NCBI GenBank assembly: GCA_037130265.1
Contig: JBAXTI010000001.1
Coordinates: 171,086 to 235,085, forward strand
From: a bacterium
GTDB taxonomy: Bacteria > Patescibacteriota > Minisyncoccia > Phycocordibacterales > JBBTRF01
Length of the DNA: 64,000 nt
Direction: 5' to 3'
Positions 57,654 to 64,000 of the stretch are shown here, piece after piece (position 1 is the first letter of the stretch; the number at the start of each line of letters is the position of its first letter). The notes under the pieces were generated by a model that was not told the DNA's origin, searched no databases, and saw nothing but the letters and a program-made list of their open reading frames with translations. The position numbers and the translations under genes were made by a program.

Positions 57654-57759
57654 AAAAATCAAAAGACGTTTTCGAGGAACTGCGGAGGCCGACGGGCCGA
57701 GCCGGAGCAAAATTTCAGTAGAAATTTACGCGTGTCCGAGAAAACGTCTTTTGATTTTT
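57654..57759 (+). other. candidate structured RNA/element B (20-bp perfect closing stem + conserved 62-nt interior)
   Basis: AAAAATCAAAAGACGTTTTC pairs perfectly with GAAAACGTCTTTTGATTTTT. Interior homologous to element A and includes GGCCGACGGGCCGAG. Confidence 0.45.
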
Positions 57760-58975
57760 ACTTCTTCGATCGTCTCAAAAACGCCGGTACCGCACCCCAA
57801 TCATCATCCCCATCATCCGCAATGCTGGTCGCCCCTACCATTGGCTTCTTCTCCTCCGGAGCTTTGCTGTTGTTGATCGCCTCCTTCACAACACTTGCAA
57901 CATCGCGCTGTTCAACCTCCTTCTCTTTTGGCTTGCTGACAGCTGGAGTGCTGCTCATGGTGTTGAAAATCTTGCCCTTTGACTCATCGCCAAACAAGCT
58001 CTTCTTTGGAGTGCCGCCTGGCTCTGGGAAACCGGATGCGATAACAGTGATCTTAATCTCGTTCTTCTTGAGCTTCTCGTCTCGGACAGTACCGAAAATA
58101 ACCTTCGCATTTGGATCAATAGACTCGGTGATGACCTTTGCAGCATCCTGGATCTCGAACATGGTGAGATCGTCGCCGCCAGCGATAGAGAAGAGTACGC
58201 CCTTAGCGCCGTGAATAGAAATATCCAAAAGAGGGGAGTTGATCGCCATCTTTGCCGCTTCCTCTGCGCGCTTCTCGCCACTCGCTGTACCGATACCCAT
58301 GAGGGCTGAGCCGGCGTTATCGAGAATGGCTCGTACATCGGCGAAGTCGACGTTGATGATACCTGGTGTGGTGATCAAATCAGAAATACCTTCTACAGCC
58401 TGCTTGAGAATCTCATCAGACATCGCAAAAGCTTGTCGCGCGGTAGTGTCCTTGCTTGCAATGCTCAAAATACGGTCGTTTGGAATGACGATGAGTGCGT
58501 CGACAGACTTCTTGAGCTCATCGAGACCCTGCTCTGCGTGCTTCATACGCTGCTGACCTTCGAAGAAGAACGGCTTGGTGACCACGCCGATAGTGAGGAC
58601 GCCCATTTCCTTCGCGATCTTTGCTACGACAGGCGCAGCACCAGTACCGGTACCACCACCTTTACCACACGCAATGAAGACCATGTCTGAACCCTTGAGA
58701 GCTTCCTGGATTTCTTCCTTGGTTTCCTCTGCTGCACGCTTGCCGAGCTCTGGGTTCATGCCAGTGCCGAGGCCACGAGTGAGGTTTTTGCCAATGTGAA
58801 TCTTTTTCTTTGCGAGAGAGTTCTGGAGATCCTGGGCGTCAGTGTTTATCGCGATAAATTCAACCCCGCGCACCTTGGAGTTGACCATGTGGTTCACTGC
58901 GTTCTTGCCGGAACCGCCCACACCAATGACTTTGATGCGTGCGAATGCCTCTACTTCTGGGTTAATTTGGGCCAT
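57758..58975 (-). CDS. ftsZ: cell division GTPase FtsZ
   Basis: [17 protein letters not shown] and [13 protein letters not shown] tubulin/FtsZ signatures. Confidence 0.9.
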   Translation of the reverse strand: MAQINPEVEAFARIKVIGVGGSGKNAVNHMVNSKVRGVEFIAINTDAQDLQNSLAKKKIHIGKNLTRGLGTGMNPELGKRAAEETKEEIQEALKGSDMVFIACGKGGGTGTGAAPVVAKIAKEMGVLTIGVVTKPFFFEGQQRMKHAEQGLDELKKSVDALIVIPNDRILSIASKDTTARQAFAMSDEILKQAVEGISDLITTPGIINVDFADVRAILDNAGSALMGIGTASGEKRAEEAAKMAINSPLLDISIHGAKGVLFSIAGGDDLTMFEIQDAAKVITESIDPNAKVIFGTVRDEKLKKNEIKITVIASGFPEPGGTPKKSLFGDESKGKIFNTMSSTPAVSKPKEKEVEQRDVASVVKEAINNSKAPEEKKPMVGATSIADDGDDDWGAVPAFLRRSKK

Positions 58976-59111
58976 AAATAAGCGTTAGCTAAAGGGAATA
59001 TGCGCTTATGATAGCAGAAAGGCTTAGAAAAAGAAAAGGCTTGACGCAAAGAGGGAAACAGTCTGTGCTTTTGGCACGATTTTGCACCAATTTGGCTTTT
59101 TCGCGCCTAAA

Positions 59112-60284
59112 TTAAGGCCAAAATTGCTTGAGCCAGCTTTTGAAGAGATTTTTTGTCTGGCTATGTGGCTCGGTGATGTCTTCGCCGTTGGTGAAGCCTA
59201 AAATACAGAGGCCGTATGCGACAGCCCAAGTAGCGTCTTTGATTGGCACACGCAAATGTGAGGTGAAATTGAAAGATGCGATTTTCGAAGGGAGTCGCAG
59301 TGTGGCACGAGCAAAATCTTGCAATCGATCGAGGCCGGAACCACCGCCGCTGATAATAATGCCGGCAGGCAAGAGTCCGTTGCGGCCGATCTTTTTCAAG
59401 TGCGCCTCGATGAGCTCGAAAATGTCGGAAAGACGCGCTTCGATGATCTCGTCGAGTTTCTTTTTTGAATGCGGCAGGTTCTGTGTGTTGCCAAGCTTGA
59501 TGTCTTCGGCTTCTTCGAGTGGAATTTTCAAACCAAGCGCGATGTCGTTGGTGATGTCGGTGGAGCCGATAGGAAATACCTCGATGGAAGTTGGAATGTT
59601 GTTCTCGTAGACGATCAAGGATACGGTCTCGGCACCAATGTTGGCGAGTACGCAGCCAGCGGTCTTCTGAACGCGGTTCAGTGTCACGAGACTGGCAGCG
59701 ATTGGCGCGGCTACAATGTCTTCGATCTGGATCTCGGCTTCGTTCACTGCGGCGATGGTGTCCTGAAAATGACGCTCGAGAGCGGTCACAAACATCGTAG
59801 TCACTTCGAGACGATTGCCCTTGAAGCCGACTGGACGACCAATCACCACTTCGCCATCCACTTTGTATTCAGTCGGGATGACGTGAATGATGTGTCGGTT
59901 CACCATGAAATTCTTCGGCAACGCACTCTCGCTGGTCTGGATGACCTTCTTCACATCGAGCTCGGTGATTTCAGAATCGGCACGGGAGATAATAGTAGTA
60001 CCTTTTGCATAGGTGCTGTTGAGGCCCATGCCACCAATGCTGACATACGCCTTGCGGATCTTGAAACCACCGGCGCTTTTTTCTGCTTGCTGTACTGCAA
60101 GGCGGATACTGCGAGTGACTTCTGTGGGGTTGATGATGTGTCCATGACGCATCCCTTTGGACTCAGCGAAACCAACGCCGAGGATACGCGGAACATGCTT
60201 GTCTTTTTCAAGGACAGATTCTGAGACAGCTACTTTGACTTGGTAGGTGCCGATATCGATGCCGACTTTGATGTTGCGAGCCAT
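59112..60284 (-). CDS. ftsA: cell division protein FtsA
   Basis: Actin-like ATPase. N-terminal IKVGIDIGTYQVKVAV. Located immediately upstream of ftsZ. Confidence 0.85.
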   Translation of the reverse strand: MARNIKVGIDIGTYQVKVAVSESVLEKDKHVPRILGVGFAESKGMRHGHIINPTEVTRSIRLAVQQAEKSAGGFKIRKAYVSIGGMGLNSTYAKGTTIISRADSEITELDVKKVIQTSESALPKNFMVNRHIIHVIPTEYKVDGEVVIGRPVGFKGNRLEVTTMFVTALERHFQDTIAAVNEAEIQIEDIVAAPIAASLVTLNRVQKTAGCVLANIGAETVSLIVYENNIPTSIEVFPIGSTDITNDIALGLKIPLEEAEDIKLGNTQNLPHSKKKLDEIIEARLSDIFELIEAHLKKIGRNGLLPAGIIISGGGSGLDRLQDFARATLRLPSKIASFNFTSHLRVPIKDATWAVAYGLCILGFTNGEDITEPHSQTKNLFKSWLKQFWP

Positions 60285-60607
60285 GGGTGGGAGATGCCAA
60301 ATGCTTTGCAGTGCTTGGCTTCTTCGCTCTCCATTGTACTCCCATGATCGAATCCGTTCAAATGGAGCAAACCGTGGATAAACAGGTAGCCCACATAATT
60401 TTCGTAGGTTTGACCAAACTCACGAGCTTTCTTTTTGGTGCAATCGAGGTTGAGGTAGATCTCACCGTTTTGTTCATCGAGTGGAAAAGACAAAATATCG
60501 GTCGGGCTGTCCTTCTCGCGGTGGACGAGATTGAGCTCGTGGATTTTTTTCTCACTAACAATCGCCACACTTAATTCATACTGCTTGCCGAGCACGGCGT
60601 TCTTCAT
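60230..60607 (-). CDS. ybeY: rRNA maturation endoribonuclease YbeY
   Basis: HGLLHLNGFDH (H..H.....H zinc motif). Start set at MKNAVL to avoid overlap with rpsU. 3' end overlaps the ftsA start by 55 nt. Confidence 0.6.
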   Translation of the reverse strand: MKNAVLGKQYELSVAIVSEKKIHELNLVHREKDSPTDILSFPLDEQNGEIYLNLDCTKKKAREFGQTYENYVGYLFIHGLLHLNGFDHGSTMESEEAKHCKAFGISHPWLATSKSASISAPTKSK

Positions 60608-60710
60608 TTGCACAAAAGGCCACTCGGGAAGAGTAGCCTTTGTGGAATTGATGAGAGAAAATGTATCGCTCACGTGTGAGTGGGTCCGCCGAGAGGCGAA
60701 CGAGGGTCGA

Positions 60711-60968
60711 TTATCGAGCTGCTGGCTTTGCGCCACGTCGCTCTGGCTGCTTGAACTTTCCGAGCTTCATTGCGAGCTCAACTTCTGCGCGCTTGGTGAG
60801 CTTGTCCATTGCATGCTTCTTTACGCTCAAAGGAGATTGGTTGCGGCCAGCGTATCGGATCGATCGCACTCGGCTCAATATGCCAGAACCCTGCACACGC
60901 TTTGTGAAGCGTCGCAAAATACTAAGGCTGTTTTCGTTCGCACCTTTCTCTACTTGTACGTTTATCAT
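60711..60968 (-). CDS. rpsU: 30S ribosomal protein S21
   Basis: 85 aa, basic, SILRRFTKRVQGSGILSRVR resembles the S21 LRRFK motif. Confidence 0.65.
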   Translation of the reverse strand: MINVQVEKGANENSLSILRRFTKRVQGSGILSRVRSIRYAGRNQSPLSVKKHAMDKLTKRAEVELAMKLGKFKQPERRGAKPAAR

Positions 60969-60988
60969 AGTTTCAATATCCTAACACA

Positions 60989-62233
60989 TTACCGAATTTT
61001 CTTCAAATATTCCGGCAGTTTGGCTAGGGATATGGTCTCTTGGTGGCGTGTGCTCATTTCTCGGACAATGACAGAGTTGTCCCGCGCTTCCTTCTGTCCC
61101 ATGATGATAGTGTGAGGGATTTTGCTGTTTTCAGCGCTCTGAATCTGGCCTGAAATCTTGTCTTTTCCAATAGATTGGGCGAGTGGAATGTTGGCTTTTC
61201 GGAGCATTTCGATGACCTCGAGACTCTTGAGCTTGGCTTCAAATCCGAGCTGCACAAAGTACACTTTCGGAGCTTTTCCAGGGCGGTTGCGATTGAAAAG
61301 TGCCTCTTCTTTTGGCTTTTTGTACGAGACTGTCACACCGACAGCCCCGATCTCTTTTCGATAGCCAAGTTTTTTAGAAATGCCGTTGTAGCGCATGCCA
61401 GTGGCGAGCAGGGTGTTGGTCTCCACTTCACGGATTTCGAAAGCGGTCTGGGTCCACATGTTGCGGTCGCATATCAGGCCGTTGTGAATTTTGTACGCGA
61501 TACCAAGACTCTCCAAATACTCGAGTACTTCACGGAAGTGTTGTCGAGAAAGCTCTGAAAGAAAGTTAATCGGGTTCGGGGCACTTTCGTGGACAGGTCG
61601 ACACTTCTCGTCGTCACATTCATACACTTTGAAAATGTCCGTCTTCATCACCTGGCGACAGTGGTTTGAAAGGACGCTGATGTGCTTGCGGTAGTGGTTC
61701 GCGAGCTCACGACAGAAGCGATTCATGGAGTCTTTGTCGCCAATACTGTTCACATGCACCATGAGTTCCCCGAAGCCTTCTTCGCGCAGTGTCTCCACAA
61801 CACCTTTGATGAGTGTTGCCTCCGCGATACTCTTGGTGGTGCCGAGTACGTCGAGGTGGAAAGTCTTCACGCCAGGCCACTTCGCTTTGCGAGAACCCTC
61901 GTGCTGAACGAGTCCTTCGTAATAGAGCATCACCGGCTGACTCCAAGTGAACATTTCCTGTTCATGGTACATGCGGAGGACGGCCACCTTGTCTTCTGGG
62001 TGGATGAGAAGAGGCTTTTTGATGAGGGGTTCGTCTTTTTTTGAATAAGTAATTCCGAGAAACTTCCGAGCATTGTCCATGTCCACTTTTTCGAGACGTG
62101 GTGGGTTGATGAGCTCGAAGCCGTAGTACGAAGCAATCTCTGCCGACTTGCCAGTCGCGAGCACCTTTGCCACCATGGGCGGCTTGTTGATGACTGGCTC
62201 AACCTTGGCGAATTTGTTGGATGTGTGGGACAT
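60989..62233 (-). CDS. hisS: class II aaRS, histidyl-tRNA synthetase-like (divergent)
   Basis: 414 aa. C-terminal anticodon-binding-domain-like region (KVYFVQLG ... IIMGQKEA) typical of HisRS/HGTP ABD. Catalytic motifs are divergent. Confidence 0.45.
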   Translation of the reverse strand: MSHTSNKFAKVEPVINKPPMVAKVLATGKSAEIASYYGFELINPPRLEKVDMDNARKFLGITYSKKDEPLIKKPLLIHPEDKVAVLRMYHEQEMFTWSQPVMLYYEGLVQHEGSRKAKWPGVKTFHLDVLGTTKSIAEATLIKGVVETLREEGFGELMVHVNSIGDKDSMNRFCRELANHYRKHISVLSNHCRQVMKTDIFKVYECDDEKCRPVHESAPNPINFLSELSRQHFREVLEYLESLGIAYKIHNGLICDRNMWTQTAFEIREVETNTLLATGMRYNGISKKLGYRKEIGAVGVTVSYKKPKEEALFNRNRPGKAPKVYFVQLGFEAKLKSLEVIEMLRKANIPLAQSIGKDKISGQIQSAENSKIPHTIIMGQKEARDNSVIVREMSTRHQETISLAKLPEYLKKIR

Positions 62234-62245
62234 GGTGTTCAGAGA

Positions 62246-62839
62246 TTAGTTGGCAAAATGGGCGACTCCTGGCAGGAAATTGATTTTAGTTGGCGGCAAC
62301 AGGCGCAGTAATGGGCGGCCGACGATGTATTTTTCCTCGAGTGTGCCCCACGAGCGCGAATCCGAGCTCGCAGGGCGATTGTCGCCGAGGACGAAGTATT
62401 CGTTTGGACCGAGCGTCTTCTTCATGCTGTCGAGTGAGTGATTGGCGACGTACGGCTCTTCCAATACGATCGGTTCAGCGCTCGTGCTGTTACGAATTGA
62501 AACTTTGCCGTATTGAATTTCGACCGTTTCGCCAGGAAGGCCAATGAGGCGCTTGATATAGTAACGCTTTGCTTCGGTTGGAGCAGTGTATGGATACTGA
62601 AAGACGAGCACTTCGCCTCGCTGCGGATCGCGGAAATGATACGAGAGCTCGTCGACGATGAGATATTGTCCGGTAGCGAACGTTGGATCCATTGATGGTC
62701 CGTTCACAACGAACGGTTTGGCAACGAAGACGCGAATCGGGAGGACGATGAGGAGGGTGATGAGAACGAATCTCCACAATTCAGAAAAAGATCGTTTTAA
62801 CGATGATGGTTCTGTAACTTGTGTATCGAGATTGGTCAT
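62246..62839 (-). CDS. lepB: signal peptidase I
   Basis: VVNGPSMDPT (Ser box) and GDNRPASSDSRSWG (box E). Start at internal ATG. Confidence 0.75.
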   Translation of the reverse strand: MTNLDTQVTEPSSLKRSFSELWRFVLITLLIVLPIRVFVAKPFVVNGPSMDPTFATGQYLIVDELSYHFRDPQRGEVLVFQYPYTAPTEAKRYYIKRLIGLPGETVEIQYGKVSIRNSTSAEPIVLEEPYVANHSLDSMKKTLGPNEYFVLGDNRPASSDSRSWGTLEEKYIVGRPLLRLLPPTKINFLPGVAHFAN

Positions 62840-63014
62840 TGCAAGCAATTTTACCGCGGGCGAGTGAGTTGACGCAAGAGCAAAATGCATGTCGCATCGT
62901 TTCTTTTGCAATTTACGAGCAAGAATTTTGCGATGAATGATTTTTTGCGCGCTCGCGCCGTCGCTCGCGCGCCTTTTTGCATCGCTTCTACTCGCGTGCT
63001 ACACTTTTTCCAAC

Positions 63015-63641
63015 ATGACATACATTATTGCAGGTCTCGGCAACCCCGGAATGGAGTACAAGGAGACGCGACACAATATTGGCCGCATGGTAGCTGATGC
63101 GTTTGTGAAAAAGCACGGTTTGCCTGAGCTTGAGGCCGACAAAATGCTCAAGGCGCTTGCTTGCGAAGGGAAGATCGAGGGTGCGCACGCACTCACTGGC
63201 AAGGTGAAGAAGGAAAAGGTGGTGGTACTCGAGCCTGAGACGTTTATGAACAAGTCGGGTGAGTCGGTGGCGAAGGTGGTGAAGAGCAAGAAGGCGGCCG
63301 AGCAGCTCGTGGTCATCCACGATGACCTCGACTTACCGCTCGGCCGTCTCAAGGTATCATTCAACAAGAGCTCTGGCGGACACCGTGGCGTGGAGTCGGT
63401 GATCAAGGCAGTGAAGACTCAGGAATTCATCCGACTGCGCATCGGGATCACTCCAGCGACTGCCGGCGGCAAGCTGAAGAAGCCCGAAGGCGAGGACCTC
63501 ATCAACGATTTTATCGTCGCCGACTTTAAAAAGCCCGAAGCGGAGACGTTGAAGAAAGTTATCAAGACCGCCGTCGATGCACTCGATTGTATTATTCTGT
63601 CTGGGCGGGACGCAGCGATGGGAAGCTTTAATTCGCTGTAA
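63015..63641 (+). CDS. pth: peptidyl-tRNA hydrolase
   Basis: IIAGLGNPGMEYKETRHNIG Pth signature. Start at internal ATG. Confidence 0.8.
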   Translation: MTYIIAGLGNPGMEYKETRHNIGRMVADAFVKKHGLPELEADKMLKALACEGKIEGAHALTGKVKKEKVVVLEPETFMNKSGESVAKVVKSKKAAEQLVVIHDDLDLPLGRLKVSFNKSSGGHRGVESVIKAVKTQEFIRLRIGITPATAGGKLKKPEGEDLINDFIVADFKKPEAETLKKVIKTAVDALDCIILSGRDAAMGSFNSL

Positions 63642-63667
63642 ACTTCGATGTCGGAGCCAGCAATCTA

Positions 63668-63748
63668 AAGTTTTCCTTATTCTTTCTTAGGTAAAACTTT
63701 AGCCTTTCTTGGCAGTTTCTCTATCGATGCTTTGCTACACTTTTTCCA
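63668..63748 (+). promoter_or_regulatory. Conserved upstream module, copy 3
   Basis: AAAGTTTT...AAAACTTT inverted repeat. TTTCTTAG (63683), TTTCTTGG (63705), TTTCTCTA (63716) on an 11-bp lattice. -10-like TACACT 9 nt before ATG 63751. Confidence 0.45.
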
Positions 63749-63750
63749 CT

Positions 63751-63834
63751 ATGGAAAAAGCCAAGAAAACACGGTTTGTATCCGGAAAGATCCGAGATGT
63801 CACTCCACGAGAAGAGAGAAGTTTACGAATAGTT
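63751..63834 (+). CDS. very small ORF (27 aa) downstream of module copy 3
   Basis: ATG ... TAG read by hand (MEKAKKTRFVSGKIRDVTPREERSLRIV). No other support. Confidence 0.15.
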
Positions 63835-64000
63835 AGTTTAGTCCTATCGATAAAGATCCAGGTGGGTGTTGTTGCTGCCGTTCCCGCTTTTCTCTCACCT
63901 GATAGACGGAAAAGAGATCTTGTTTTTAGTAAAATGATTGCGGATAAGATCAGGAGAGACCACGGAGAGTTTCTCCTGGAAAATTTTGTCATAAATGCAA

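Noticed and set aside
59469-60224. 251-aa plus-strand ORF and other long antisense ORFs (e.g. 3114-3836 -, 26536-27405 -, 15433-16080 +, 48730-49344 +)
   Set aside because: Each lies antisense to a well-supported gene with clear family motifs. Their translations lack motifs. These are typical shadow ORFs.
1-64000. CRISPR array, rRNA operon, integrase/transposase, prophage
   Set aside because: No regularly spaced short direct repeats, no rRNA-like conserved blocks, and no recombinase motifs were seen in any provided ORF. The mobile-element-like signals present are all small and decayed.

Overview
This window reads as a gene-dense chromosomal segment of a small-genome bacterium, with about 50% GC overall. 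The gene content is mostly housekeeping, with compact and often overlapping genes. Affiliation with Patescibacteria/CPR is an inference from gene content only.

Protein-coding genes that I can support from motifs in the provided translations:
- Division and translation core: ftsZ, ftsA, ybeY, rpsU, lepB, pth, lepA, secG, murJ, an FtsB/DivIC-like gene, and aminoacyl-tRNA synthetases (ValRS-like, HisRS-like).
- RNA and nucleotide metabolism: pyrG (3' end only), RNase J, a Nudix-TsaD fusion, a class II ribonucleotide reductase with an ATP-cone and two NrdH-like glutaredoxins, aroK-like and yjjX-like genes.
- Stress and redox: msrA, msrB, trxB, Hsp20.
- Transport and envelope: an ABC-F ATPase, a heterodimeric ABC exporter pair followed by an S53 peptidase, a LemA-TPM pair, tandem GT2 glycosyltransferases, PAP2 proteins, DedA, MFS, and an oligopeptide-type substrate-binding protein.

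RNA genes (hand-folded, no software):
- Eight dispersed tRNAs: Gln-CTG, Ser-GGA, Gly-CCC, Arg-CCT, Phe-GAA, Val-GAC, Ser-CGA and Glu-TTC.
- An RNase P RNA with a terminator.

The most interesting non-standard signals:
1. A roughly 80-nt cis-regulatory module is present three times upstream of genes. It combines a palindrome, phased 11-bp TTTCTT direct repeats and a -10-like hexamer.
2. Two homologous structured elements have about 20-bp closing stems of unrelated sequence but a conserved roughly 65-nt interior containing GGCCGACGGGCCGAG. This is a covariation-like signature of a candidate novel ncRNA.
3. A roughly 1.2-kb islet sits at the 3' end of tRNA-Ser(GGA). It is bounded by 68-nt direct repeats and contains tRNA pseudo-fragments, a C9 tract and a strongly AT-rich foreign gene (pterin-4a-carbinolamine dehydratase).
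4. A free-standing double-motif LAGLIDADG homing endonuclease is wedged between tRNA-Ser(CGA) and tRNA-Glu, overlapping the former.
5. A DinJ/RelB-type antitoxin is followed by a frameshifted RelE/YafQ-type toxin, just downstream of tRNA-Arg.

I saw no CRISPR array, no rRNA, and no integrase or transposase.
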